Part shown: in pieces, positions 20,152 through 29,810 of the stretch
Layout: each line of letters opens with the position of its first letter
Position numbering within the stretch: position 1 is the stretch's first letter
Source: Gemmatimonadales bacterium
GTDB lineage: Bacteria; Gemmatimonadota; Gemmatimonadetes; Gemmatimonadales; GWC2-71-9
Length of the DNA stretch: 64,000 bases
Direction: 5' to 3'
Assembly (NCBI GenBank): GCA_041741375.1
Contig: JBGSKF010000151.1
Location: 696 to 64,695, forward strand
Program-made: the position numbers and the translations under genes
Notes under the pieces: generated by a model
What the model was told of the DNA's origin: nothing
Databases searched by the model: none
The model's input: the letters and a program-made list of their open reading frames with translations, nothing else

Positions 20152-20966
20152 GAAGGGCACGGTGGATGACGGCGTTTCCGGGACACCTGGTCCTCGCGCT
20201 CACTGCCACCGCATGTGCCTCGGCCCTCCCTCCCCCGCGGGACCTGAACAGCATTGTTCCCGAGCAGGCAGAGTGGGAGTCCCTTCCGGTCGACGAGTTG
20301 GCGAGAAGGGCCGAGGACCGGTTTGCGGAACGGACCGTGGCCGCGGTGCGGGAGGCCGCCGAGATCTGGACCCGGATCGCGGTCCGACGGCCTGGTGACT
20401 TCGAACCATTGACTGCGGCAGTTCGGGCACGGATCTGGTTGTCGGAAACCCTCGAGATCCCCGGGGATCGGAGCAGGGAGGCTGTGGACGCCGTTCGGAC
20501 TGCGCAATGGTGCGACATTCGGGCTCCGGGAAATCCGGAGTGTGCCTACTGGTTGGGAGCAGCCCTGGGGGTGCAGGCGCGGGAAAACCGCAGCACGGCG
20601 CTCGATGCCCTCGATCGCATGGAATCACTGTTCACACGGGCGGCAGCCGAGGCACCCCGGGTGGCCGACGGGGGTCCCGATCGGGCGCTGGCAAGCCTGT
20701 ATGCCCGGGCCCCGGCGTGGCCCGCCGGTCAGGGGGACCCCGACCGGGCCCTTGAGCATGCCTTCCGCGCCATCGAGCTCGCGCCGGAGCACCCCCCGAA
20801 CTACCTTGTCGCTGCCGAGGCCCTGCGGGCTGCGGGAGACAGGAGCCGGGCGATCACCTATCTTGATCGGGGGCTTGTGGCGGCCCGCCGCCGACTGGGG
20901 GCACGAGACCCGGACGCACCCCGGTGGATCCAGGAGATCGAAACGGAACGTTTGAAGTATCAGTAG
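20148..20966 (+). CDS. TPR lipoprotein, TatT/BstC-like
   Basis: Lipobox-like TATAC; helical repeats; 'CAYWLGAALG', 'GGPDRALASLYARAPAWP..GD...A..H..RAIELAPEHPPN' resembling TatT-type proteins. Confidence 0.7.
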   Translation: MRRARWMTAFPGHLVLALTATACASALPPPRDLNSIVPEQAEWESLPVDELARRAEDRFAERTVAAVREAAEIWTRIAVRRPGDFEPLTAAVRARIWLSETLEIPGDRSREAVDAVRTAQWCDIRAPGNPECAYWLGAALGVQARENRSTALDALDRMESLFTRAAAEAPRVADGGPDRALASLYARAPAWPAGQGDPDRALEHAFRAIELAPEHPPNYLVAAEALRAAGDRSRAITYLDRGLVAARRRLGARDPDAPRWIQEIETERLKYQ

Positions 20967-21001
20967 CCTATGCCCAGTCACGAGGGAGGATCGAGGACTT
21001 G

Positions 21002-22972
21002 ATGAACCGATTCCGTGCGACGAGCGAACCGCTCGGGGACGCGTCGATTCTCGAGGAATCTGCCCGGGGACCGGAGTCTGTCCGGATCGGGCATCTGGAA
21101 CGGGTGATGCACGCCGCCCAGGAATACCTTTTCGGCATTCAGCAGCCCGACGGCCATTGGCGCGCGCGGCTGGAAGGCGATTCCATCCTGGAGTCGGAAT
21201 ATGTCCTGCTGATGCACTTCCTGGGACGGGCGGGAGAGCCCAAAGTGCGCAAGGCCGCCGATTACCTCCGTCGCACCCAGATGGAGACGGGGGGCTGGGC
21301 CCACTATCACGGGGGCCCGGCCGAGGTCAGCGCGTCGGTGAAGGCGTACTTCGTCCTCAAGCTCATGGGCGACCGGCCCGAGGCCCCGCACATGGTGCGG
21401 GCCCGTGAGATGATCCTGCGCGCGGGGGGGATCGAGGCCTGCAACTCCTTCACCCGGATCTACCTGGCGATCTTTGGCCAGTATCCCTGGAGCCGGTGCC
21501 CCGCGGTGCCGCCCGAGATGATGCTGCTTCCGCGATGGTCCCCCCTGCACATCTACCGGATGTCGGCCTGGTCCCGCACGATCGTGGTCCCCCTCAGCAT
21601 GATCTGGGCGCATCGGCCGAGTGTTGCGGTGCCGGAGGACGCCTCGATCGCCGAACTCTTCGTCCCGGGGCGCGCACCCACCATGGATCTGCAGGCGGCG
21701 GCGCGGTTCTGGCGGCTTCTCTTTACCGGTCTCGATGTGGCCCTCAAGGGGATCGAGGAGCTTCCCGTGAAGCCGCTCCGCGAACGGGGCCTGCGGGAGG
21801 CCGAACGATGGATCCTGAAGCGGTTGGAGAAGAGTGACGGGCTGGGGGCGATCTTCCCACCCATCATCAACACGATTCTGGCCCTCCGGTGCCACGGGTA
21901 TGCTGTGGATCACCCGGTGATCCAGTCCCAGGTGGCGGAGCTCGAAAAGCTCGAGCTGGAGGACGAAAGGGATCTCCGGATCCAGCCCTGCCTCTCGCCG
22001 GTCTGGGACACGGCACTCACGATGAATGCCCTGCTCGGATCCGGAATCAGCGGGGAGGACCCTCGGCTCCTGTCCGGCGCCCGCTGGCTGCTCGAGAAGG
22101 AGGTGCGGGAGACGGGGGATTGGGCCATGACCTGCGAACCGGTGGCGCCCGGAGGGTGGTACTTCGAGTACGCCAACGAGTTCTACCCCGACCTCGACGA
22201 CACCACCCAGGTGCTCACGGTCCTCGGACGGATCCGATTCCCCGATCCGGCGGAGGACCGCCGCCGAACCGAGGCGATGCGGCGAGGGCTGGATTGGATG
22301 CGGGCCATGCAGAACGCCGACGGCGGGTGGGCCGCCTTCGACCGGGGGTGCGATTCCGAGTTCCTCACCCATGTGCCCTTCGCCGATCACAACGCCATGA
22401 TCGACCCGAGCTGCGAGGACATCACCGGCCGCGCGCTGGAAACGTTCAGTCTCCTCCGGCCGTCGGGCGGGGATGCGGAGGTACAGCGCGCCGGGCAGTT
22501 CCTGCTGCGGCGCCAGGAGGCGGACGGGACCTGGTATGGGCGGTGGGGATGCAACTACCTCTACGGAACCTGGCTCGCCGTGCATGGGCTCACCCGGGAA
22601 CTCCTTCCCCCCGCCGACGCCCGGATCCAGCGGGCTGTGGCGTGGGTCCGCGCCCGCCAGAATGCGGATGGGGGATGGGGAGAACTCCCCCGGTCCTACG
22701 ACGATCCCTCCACCAAGGGCGACGGCCCGAGCACAGCCGCACAGACCGCCTGGGCGGTGCTGACCCTGCTCGCCGCGGGGGACCACACCTCCGCGAGTCT
22801 GGTGCGGGGCATCACCTATCTGCTGGAAACCCAGCGGGCCGACGGGTCCTGGTACGACGAGGCCTGGACCGGAACCGGGTTCCCGCGCGTGTTCTATCTG
22901 AAGTATCACTTGTATGCCACATACTTTCCGCTCCTCGCTCTGGGGACGTACCGGGAGAAGGTGACCGCATGA
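21002..22972 (+). CDS. shc: squalene-hopene cyclase
   Basis: QW repeats (QQPDGHW, QNADGGW), catalytic DLDDT (DxDD), SPVWDT and TGTGFPRVFYL. Confidence 0.97.
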   Translation: MNRFRATSEPLGDASILEESARGPESVRIGHLERVMHAAQEYLFGIQQPDGHWRARLEGDSILESEYVLLMHFLGRAGEPKVRKAADYLRRTQMETGGWAHYHGGPAEVSASVKAYFVLKLMGDRPEAPHMVRAREMILRAGGIEACNSFTRIYLAIFGQYPWSRCPAVPPEMMLLPRWSPLHIYRMSAWSRTIVVPLSMIWAHRPSVAVPEDASIAELFVPGRAPTMDLQAAARFWRLLFTGLDVALKGIEELPVKPLRERGLREAERWILKRLEKSDGLGAIFPPIINTILALRCHGYAVDHPVIQSQVAELEKLELEDERDLRIQPCLSPVWDTALTMNALLGSGISGEDPRLLSGARWLLEKEVRETGDWAMTCEPVAPGGWYFEYANEFYPDLDDTTQVLTVLGRIRFPDPAEDRRRTEAMRRGLDWMRAMQNADGGWAAFDRGCDSEFLTHVPFADHNAMIDPSCEDITGRALETFSLLRPSGGDAEVQRAGQFLLRRQEADGTWYGRWGCNYLYGTWLAVHGLTRELLPPADARIQRAVAWVRARQNADGGWGELPRSYDDPSTKGDGPSTAAQTAWAVLTLLAAGDHTSASLVRGITYLLETQRADGSWYDEAWTGTGFPRVFYLKYHLYATYFPLLALGTYREKVTA

Positions 22973-24027
22973 GATTTCCGCTGCACATCACGCTCGACAC
23001 CGTGAACCACCAGGTGCGGAACGCGATCGCCGGCAACAAGCGATATCCGTTCGTCCTGATGCTGGAACCGCTCTACACCTGCAACCTGGCCTGCATCGGA
23101 TGCCTGCCCGAGCGCCACACCGGCAAGCTGGCGGACCGGCTTCCCCTGGAGGCGTGCCTCAAGGCGGTGGATGACTGCGGCGCGCCCTCCGTGTCGATCT
23201 GCGGTGGCGAACCGACCGTGTACCCCGAGCTCCCCGAGCTGGTGGCGGGGATCATCGCGCGGAAGCGGCACATCTACCTCTGCACCAACGCCCTGTTGCT
23301 CGACACCAAGGTGTTCGGCCGGATTCCGCCCCACAAGCGGTTGACCATCAACGTTCACCTCGACGGGATGCGAAAGACCCACGACTACGTGACCGCACGG
23401 GAGGGAGTGTTCGACAAGGCGATCGCGATGATCCGCGAGGCCAAGGCCCGCGGCTATCACGTGATCACCAACACCACGGTGTTCAAGGAGACCGACATCG
23501 ACGAGGTGGAGGAACTCTGTGAGTACATGACGCAACTCGGCGTGGACGGCATGCTGATCTCCCCGGGATATCACTACGAACACATCGAGCACGACATCTT
23601 CCTCACCCGGGAAGACATCGAGGAGAAATTCAAGCGCGTCCTCCGGTTCGCCGACCGGTTCCCCCTCATGTCCACCCCGCCGTTCCTGGAGTTTGCGGCG
23701 GGACTCCGCGAGTACCCGTGCTCGCCCTGGAGCACCGTGACCTTCACGCCGAAGGGGTGGAAGGGGCCCTGCTACCTGATCGGAAAGAAGTTCACCTTCG
23801 ACTGGAACGAGTTCTGGACCGGAACCGATTGGGCCTACTGGGAATCCCGGCAGGACCGCCTCTGCCAGAACTGCAAGATGCACTCGGGGTTCGAGGCCTC
23901 GGTGGTCCGGGAGCTGGCCCGCAATCCGGGTGACCTCATGCGCGTGATGAAGTGGAACTTTCTCGGCAACGGACGCCGCAAGGCACCGGAACGGGAGACG
24001 GTGGCCGTCGCGTCGAACGGACAGTAG
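22969..24027 (+). CDS. hpnH: adenosyl-hopene transferase (radical SAM)
   Basis: YPFVLMLEPLYTCNLACIGC (CxxxCxxC), GGEP and C-terminal CQNCKMHSGFE; ATGA overlap with shc. Confidence 0.93.
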   Translation: MRFPLHITLDTVNHQVRNAIAGNKRYPFVLMLEPLYTCNLACIGCLPERHTGKLADRLPLEACLKAVDDCGAPSVSICGGEPTVYPELPELVAGIIARKRHIYLCTNALLLDTKVFGRIPPHKRLTINVHLDGMRKTHDYVTAREGVFDKAIAMIREAKARGYHVITNTTVFKETDIDEVEELCEYMTQLGVDGMLISPGYHYEHIEHDIFLTREDIEEKFKRVLRFADRFPLMSTPPFLEFAAGLREYPCSPWSTVTFTPKGWKGPCYLIGKKFTFDWNEFWTGTDWAYWESRQDRLCQNCKMHSGFEASVVRELARNPGDLMRVMKWNFLGNGRRKAPERETVAVASNGQ

Positions 24028-25017
24028 ATGCACCTGGTCACCGGCGGAACCGGCTTCGTCGGAGCCCATGTGGTGCGCGCCCTGGTGGCTCGGGGAGAGG
24101 GAGTGCGATGTCTGGTCCGGCCCTCCAGCGACCGGGCCAACCTCGAAGGGCTTCCGGTGGAACTGGTGCAGGGAGTCCTCGACGACCCCCGGTCTCTCCA
24201 CGCGGCGATGGCGGGGTGTGAGATGGTCTACCACGTGGCCGCCGAGTATCGGCTGGGGGCCCGCAATCCCGCCTCGCTGTATCGGAGCAACGTGGAGGGA
24301 ACCCGGAACCTTCTGCAGGCCGCGGGGGACGCCGGGGTGTCCCGCATCGTCTACACCAGCACGGTGGGGGCCCTGGTTCCCAACCCGGCGGGAGGCCCGG
24401 CCGACGAGAGCCATTTTCCGCCGAACGGACAGGCGCTGATCGGGCACTACAAGCGTAGCAAGTTCCTCGCCGAGCAGGTGGCTCTCTCGTTCGTGAAGGA
24501 GGGACTCCCGGTCGTGGTGGTGAGCCCCTCCGCGCCGATCGGCGAGCTGGACCGAAAACCCACGCCCACCGGTCGGCTGATCGTCGACTTTCTGCGCGGA
24601 AAGATGCCGGCCTACATGGACGCCGGCCTCAATCTGGTCGACGTGCAGGACGTGGCCGCGGGGCATCTCCTGGCGGCGGAGCGAGGTGTCGTGGGAGAGC
24701 GTTACATTCTCGGCGGGCGCGACTTCACCCTTCGCGAAATCCTGGAGATGCTCGCGCGGCTCTCGGGCCGGCCCGCGCCCCGCCTTCGGATCCCCGCCTG
24801 GGTGGCGATGAGCGCCGCCGTCGTGAACACCGCCTGGTCGTGGAGCCTGGGGAGGGATCCCGGCATTCCGGTGGAAGGGGTGCGCATGGCCCTGAAACCA
24901 ATGTCCTTCACGCCGGCCCGGGCCGTGCGGGAGCTTGGGCTGCCCCAGAGTCCGATCGAGGACGCGCTGGGCCGGGCCGTGGAGTGGTTCCGGCAGCACG
25001 GTCATGTCCCCGCCTGA
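24028..25017 (+). CDS. hpnA: hopanoid-associated NAD-dependent epimerase/dehydratase
   Basis: VTGGTGFVG, HVAAEYRL, YKRSK and KPTPTG motifs. Confidence 0.9.
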   Translation: MHLVTGGTGFVGAHVVRALVARGEGVRCLVRPSSDRANLEGLPVELVQGVLDDPRSLHAAMAGCEMVYHVAAEYRLGARNPASLYRSNVEGTRNLLQAAGDAGVSRIVYTSTVGALVPNPAGGPADESHFPPNGQALIGHYKRSKFLAEQVALSFVKEGLPVVVVSPSAPIGELDRKPTPTGRLIVDFLRGKMPAYMDAGLNLVDVQDVAAGHLLAAERGVVGERYILGGRDFTLREILEMLARLSGRPAPRLRIPAWVAMSAAVVNTAWSWSLGRDPGIPVEGVRMALKPMSFTPARAVRELGLPQSPIEDALGRAVEWFRQHGHVPA

Positions 25018-25798
25018 ATCGGCCGGAATCGTGATGGTCATGGCCGCACTTCCGGAGGAAGTTGTCGTACTCCGACGGCGTTTCACCGACGGTCGAGGGT
25101 TGTCGAAGGGACCGGGGGCGTTGCGCCGCTGGGAAGGAAAGTTGGGACCCTGCCGCGTGCAGGTGGTGGTCACGGGAGACGGAGCCGACCGGGCCCGATC
25201 CGGAGCACGACTCGCCTTCGACGGGCTGTTGGGAGAGGGTGCTCGATGCCGGCATCTCATCGTCGCCGGCGTGGCGGGCGGAGCCGATCCCGCTCTCCGG
25301 GCGCACGATCTGGTGGTGGCGCGCGAAGTGGTCCGGGAGGGAGGTGTCGCACGCCGGGCGGACGAGGCGATGGTCGCTGAGGTGGTTCGGGAGACGGGTG
25401 CTGCGCCGGGTCGGGTGCTCACCCGGGAGACGTTGGCCGCCTCCGTGGCTCACAAGCGCCAGATCCACGACGAGTGGTCGAGGGTGGATGACGTCCCGAC
25501 GGTGGTGGATCTGGAGACCGCCTGGTACCTCGAGGAGGCGGAACGTCGCGGGGTGCCGTGGACGGTACTGCGCGTCGTGAGCGACGCGGCACATGAGCCC
25601 CTTCCCGCGTTTCTGGAAGGATGCCGGGATGAGGGAGGTGCCATCATCCGGGGGCGCGTGGCGCGGCATGCCCTGCGGCACCCGGGCACCATCCGGTCGC
25701 TCCTTCGGCTTGCCCGCCGGGTGCGGCGCTGCGCCGGGGTGCTCGCCGAGGCCGTCGCCCTGACCGTGGGCATGGATGTCAAGGAGAATGGTGGATGA
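25004..25798 (+). CDS. hpnG: adenosylhopane nucleosidase/phosphorylase
   Basis: PNP/MTAN fold: MAALPEE, AGVAGG, VDLET and LRVVSD; located in the hpn operon. Confidence 0.8.
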   Translation: MSPPESAGIVMVMAALPEEVVVLRRRFTDGRGLSKGPGALRRWEGKLGPCRVQVVVTGDGADRARSGARLAFDGLLGEGARCRHLIVAGVAGGADPALRAHDLVVAREVVREGGVARRADEAMVAEVVRETGAAPGRVLTRETLAASVAHKRQIHDEWSRVDDVPTVVDLETAWYLEEAERRGVPWTVLRVVSDAAHEPLPAFLEGCRDEGGAIIRGRVARHALRHPGTIRSLLRLARRVRRCAGVLAEAVALTVGMDVKENGG

Positions 25799-26703
25799 TG
25801 GCAGAGAGTGAACCGACCCGAGGGATGGAGGAACTCGACCGGCTGCTCCGGGACACGAGCCGCACGTTCGCGCTCGCCATCCCGCTCCTCCCCGGAGAGC
25901 TGCGGCGGTCGGTCACGGTGGCCTATCTGCTGTTCCGCATCGCCGACACCTTCGAGGACAGCGACTCCTGGTCCCCCGACGAGCGGATCATCGCCCTCAG
26001 CGAGTTCGCAGATCTCTTGCGCCACATTGATATCGACAAAGCGAACCTCCTGGGGCGCGACTGGGCCACGCGCTCTCCGGTGCATCACGCCGGATATCTC
26101 GAACTCCTCGAACGGACGGGCCAGGTTCTCGAGGCCCTCGCCGAGCTGCCGGAGCCGGTCCGGGAACGAATCGTCCATCACACCTGCCGGACCGCCGACC
26201 GGATGGCGTTCTTCGTTCGGCAGACCGGAACCGATGGCCAGCTCCGTCTCGGTTCCGTGGGGGAGCTTCGGGAGTACTGCTATGCGGTGGCGGGAATCGT
26301 GGGGGAGATGCTCACCGACCTCTACCTGTTGGAGTGCCCGGGACTCGAAACGCGCGCCGCTGACCTCCGTCGCTGGGCTCCCCTCTTCGGCGAGGCGCTG
26401 CAGCTCGTCAACATCCTCCGCGACGCCTCGGCGGACGGCTTGGAGGGACGGAGCTACGTCCCCGCCCGGGCCAACCGGGCCGAGCTCTTTGCCCTGGCCC
26501 ATGCCGACCTGGGCGTGGCCCGGGAGTACACCGACGCGCTTCGGGCCGGGGGTGCTCCGAGTGGGGTGATCGCGTTCAACGCCCTCCCGATCGAGCTGGC
26601 CGTGGCCACGCTGGAGGTGGTGGAACGGGAGGGACCGGGAGCCAAGATCTCCCGCGAGGCGGTCGGGGAGATTCTGATGCAGGTTCTGGGCTCATGCCCT
26701 TGA
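25795..26703 (+). CDS. squalene synthase (single-enzyme farnesyl-diphosphate farnesyltransferase type)
   Basis: SRTFAL, YLLFRIADTFED, YCYAVAGIVG and LQLVNILRD motifs. Confidence 0.85.
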   Translation: MMAESEPTRGMEELDRLLRDTSRTFALAIPLLPGELRRSVTVAYLLFRIADTFEDSDSWSPDERIIALSEFADLLRHIDIDKANLLGRDWATRSPVHHAGYLELLERTGQVLEALAELPEPVRERIVHHTCRTADRMAFFVRQTGTDGQLRLGSVGELREYCYAVAGIVGEMLTDLYLLECPGLETRAADLRRWAPLFGEALQLVNILRDASADGLEGRSYVPARANRAELFALAHADLGVAREYTDALRAGGAPSGVIAFNALPIELAVATLEVVEREGPGAKISREAVGEILMQVLGSCP

Positions 26704-26738
26704 CGCAACCCCTTGCACCATGCCATCTTCCGGGTTCT

Positions 26739-26810
<72 letters not shown>

Positions 26811-27064
26811 CTTCCCATCCCAACACTCCTTGATTGGCCCAAGTGCGTCGCTCGTCGGTGGAGCTGCGGCCCTGCGGGCCTCGCTCTCCTCCGCGCCGTG
26901 GGCGCTCCGGATCGATTCCGACCGGCGCCTCTCTCCCGTCCGTCCCTCCATGTGGGGTCCCGGTGCGTCGCTCGTCGGTGGAGCCCGGGCCCTGCGGGCC
27001 TCGCTCTCCTCCGCGCCTGCCGGCGCTCCGGACCGATTCCGACCGGCGCCTCTCTCCCGTCCGT
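26811..27064 (+). repeat. tRNA-linked tandem repeat, two units of about 120 bp, each ending in a copy of the tRNA-Cys 3' end
   Basis: accggcgcct at 26801, 26921 and 27042; units beginning gtgcgtcgctcgtcggtggagc at 26843 and 26963 are near-identical. Confidence 0.9.
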
Positions 27065-27472
27065 TCGTCCCTGTGGGCCCTTGGGGGCGTGCCGCATGAG
27101 GGGGTAGGGAAAGTGCTCCCGTGACCGGCCCGGGATCGTTCGGGCCGGGTGCGGAACCACCAGTCAATTCGGCGACGATCCTTGATGGCGAAGAACCTTG
27201 AGCTGAACATCAATTCATTGACGCTCAATGACATATCTGAGGGGAAGGTGCCTTTCTCCGGGTGTGGTGTGTGGCTCCGGTTGGGTCGATCGTCTCCGTC
27301 CTTGGGCGGGGCACCGTGCCTCCGGCCACTCATCCTCACCCGTCTCCAGGTACAGCATCCACCCCATGCAGGGGCTGCTCCCCGGAACGCAGCCCGAATG
27401 CACGCAAATGGCTCTTGTGAAATCCCGGCTCTCGTGACATTGTCAAGAGACGCCGGTTTCCGGAGGTTCCCC

Positions 27473-28309
27473 ATGCGCCGCACCCTCATTGTCGCCACCC
27501 TGACGCTCTCGGCTGCTCTGGCCCTGCCCGCCGATTCCCCCGCCCAGCAAAAGGGGAAGGCCCGGATCAGCGGTCTCATCCTCGCCGCCAGCGACCGCCA
27601 GCCGATCGAGGGGGCCCGGGTCCGGATCTTCATCCTCGACCGTCCCCTGGAGATCCTGAGTGACGCCGAGGGCCGGTTCGTCCTCAAGGATCTCCCGGCC
27701 GGGGACTACAAGGTCCAGATCGAGGCCGACGGGCTCACCTCCCAGGAAGCTCCCGTGACCCTCGGACCCCGGGACCGCTTCGACATGGAGTTTCTGGTCG
27801 GCGTTCCTCCCGCCGTGGTGCTCCCCGAACTCGAGGTCGTGGAGGCAGTTCCCAACTGGCCCAGGGGAACCCCGATATCGAGCGGGCGTCCGGAGTTCGA
27901 GCGCCGCCGGCAGGAAGGGAATGGACGCTACTTCGGACCCGAGGAGATTGCCAAGCGGAACGCCCCCACCCTCCAGGACCTCCTCCGCATGGTCCCAGGC
28001 GTGGTCGTGGATTGCAGAAACAACAACAATGTCTGTTCGATGCGATTCAACCGCTCGCCTCGCGGGTGCGGCCCCGGGTATTGGGTCGATGGCATTCCCG
28101 CCACCGATCCCTCGGTTCTCTATCTCACCCGCCCCACCGACCTCGCGGGCGTGGAGGTCTACTCGGGGTCGAGCCAGGTGCCGCCCGAGATGGAGGGACG
28201 GAATTCGCGCTGCGGTGCCGTGGCGATCTGGACCAAGGTCGGAGAGAAACCGAGTGAGCGGGAACGCGCCCGGCAGGACCCCGAGACGCGGCGGAACCCG
28301 TTGTACTGA
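27473..28309 (+). CDS. secreted carboxypeptidase-regulatory-like domain plus TonB plug domain protein (no barrel)
   Basis: Signal peptide; 'PIEGARV..SDAEGRFVL..LPAGDY'; plug-like 'LQDLLRMVPGV..YWVDG..GVEVY..CGAVAIWTK'. Confidence 0.75.
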   Translation: MRRTLIVATLTLSAALALPADSPAQQKGKARISGLILAASDRQPIEGARVRIFILDRPLEILSDAEGRFVLKDLPAGDYKVQIEADGLTSQEAPVTLGPRDRFDMEFLVGVPPAVVLPELEVVEAVPNWPRGTPISSGRPEFERRRQEGNGRYFGPEEIAKRNAPTLQDLLRMVPGVVVDCRNNNNVCSMRFNRSPRGCGPGYWVDGIPATDPSVLYLTRPTDLAGVEVYSGSSQVPPEMEGRNSRCGAVAIWTKVGEKPSERERARQDPETRRNPLY

Positions 28310-28339
28310 CCTTCCCTCCCGGAACCTCGACTTCAGCCT

Positions 28340-28376
28340 CCAGCCTCCCGTGTCCCGCGGGGGGCTGGTTTTTTTG
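28340..28376 (+). terminator. Rho-independent terminator
   Basis: CCAGCCTCCC..GGGGGGCTGG stem followed by T7. Confidence 0.8.
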
Positions 28377-28467
28377 TCCCCGGCTCCCCACCTTTCCCGC
28401 TTCCGAGTGACCTGCCCGCCGCGGCCGCGGTGCCGGCGGGAGATCCCATCCGAAGGAGCACCCCGTC

Positions 28468-29799
28468 ATGTCGGCGTCCGCCACAGGGAGGCCTCGCCTC
28501 CCCCTGCATACGCGCATCCTGCTCGGTCTCCTCGTGGGCGCCGTGGGGGGCATCGTTTCCAACATCCTCTGGCATGGTTCTCCGGCCCTCGGATGGTTCG
28601 TCGACAACGTGGCCAACACGGTGGGCCAGATCTTCCTGCGGATGCTCTTCATGGTGGTGGTCCCGCTGGTGTTCACCTCCGTGGCCCTCGGCGTGGCCTC
28701 CCTGGGAGACGTGCGACGCATCGGGCGGATCGGCACCAAGACCCTCCTCACCTTTCTGGGCACCACCGCCGTCGCGGCCGTCATCGGCCTCGTGCTCGTG
28801 AACGCGATCAAGCCCGGCGGCTCGATCGACCCCGAGGTCCGTACCGCGCTGATGGAGGAGTATTCGTCGCAGGCGGGCGAAAAGGTGACCGCGGCCGAAA
28901 CCAACCGATTCGGCATCAGCACCTTCGTGAACATCGTGCCACGCAACCCGGTGACCGCGGCGGCCGGCGGCGATATGCTCGGTCTCATCTTCTTCACCCT
29001 CATCTTCGGCATCGCCCTCACGATGATCCCGATCACGGCGTCGGAACCGGTGGTGAAGGTGCTGGAGGGGATCAGTCAGGCGGTGATGGTGATCATCGAT
29101 TTCGCGATGCGCCTGGCACCCCTGGGTGTGGCCGGGTTGCTCTTTTCGGTGACGGCCAAGTTCGGATTCGACGTGCTGCAATCCCTCCTCTGGTACGTCG
29201 TGACCGTCCTTCTCGGCCTCGCGGTCCATCAATTCCTCGTCATCCCGCTGCTGGCCCGCAGCCTGGTGGGGATCAGCCCGGCCACCTTCTTCCGGCGAGT
29301 GCGGGCCCTGATGGTCACGGCGATCTCGACCTCCAGCTCCAACGCGACGTTGCCCACCACGATCCGGACCGCCACCGACGAGTTCGGTGTCCCGCGCGAG
29401 GTGGCCGGCTTCGTGCTCCCCCTGGGCGCCACCATGAACATGAATGGCACCGCCCTTTTCGAGGGGATGACGGTGCTGTTCCTGGCCCAGGTGTTCGGGG
29501 TGCACCTCGATCTCCTCACCCAGGTGATCGTGGTGGTGATGGCCGTGATCACCGCGGTGGGAGTGGCCGGGGTGCCGAGCGGGTCGATTCCCCTCCTGGT
29601 GATGGTGCTCGGCATGGTCGGCGTGCCGGGGGAGGGGATCGCGCTGGTGCTGGGGGTCGATCGGATTCTCGACATGGCCCGGACGGTGCCCAACGTCACG
29701 GGAGACCTGCTGACCTCGCTGCTGATCACGAAGTCGGAAGGGCTCCCCTTCGGCCCCACCGCCGACGAGGGACGATGGACATTGGACAACGGGCAATAA
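28468..29799 (+). CDS. dicarboxylate/amino acid:cation symporter (GltP/DAACS)
   Basis: STSSSNATLP, LPLGATMNMNGT and GVDRILDMARTVPNVTGD. Confidence 0.93.
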   Translation: MSASATGRPRLPLHTRILLGLLVGAVGGIVSNILWHGSPALGWFVDNVANTVGQIFLRMLFMVVVPLVFTSVALGVASLGDVRRIGRIGTKTLLTFLGTTAVAAVIGLVLVNAIKPGGSIDPEVRTALMEEYSSQAGEKVTAAETNRFGISTFVNIVPRNPVTAAAGGDMLGLIFFTLIFGIALTMIPITASEPVVKVLEGISQAVMVIIDFAMRLAPLGVAGLLFSVTAKFGFDVLQSLLWYVVTVLLGLAVHQFLVIPLLARSLVGISPATFFRRVRALMVTAISTSSSNATLPTTIRTATDEFGVPREVAGFVLPLGATMNMNGTALFEGMTVLFLAQVFGVHLDLLTQVIVVVMAVITAVGVAGVPSGSIPLLVMVLGMVGVPGEGIALVLGVDRILDMARTVPNVTGDLLTSLLITKSEGLPFGPTADEGRWTLDNGQ

Positions 29800-29810
29800 C
29801 CAACGATTCA

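Noticed and set aside
21002-22972. Oxidosqualene cyclase / sterol pathway, suggested by the Bst-like neighbours
   Set aside because: The motif is DLDDT (SHC type), not DCTA. No squalene epoxidase is present, and hpnH/hpnG are.
26811-27064. Possible CRISPR array
   Set aside because: Only two long near-identical units with no unique spacers and no cas genes; better explained as tRNA-linked repeats.
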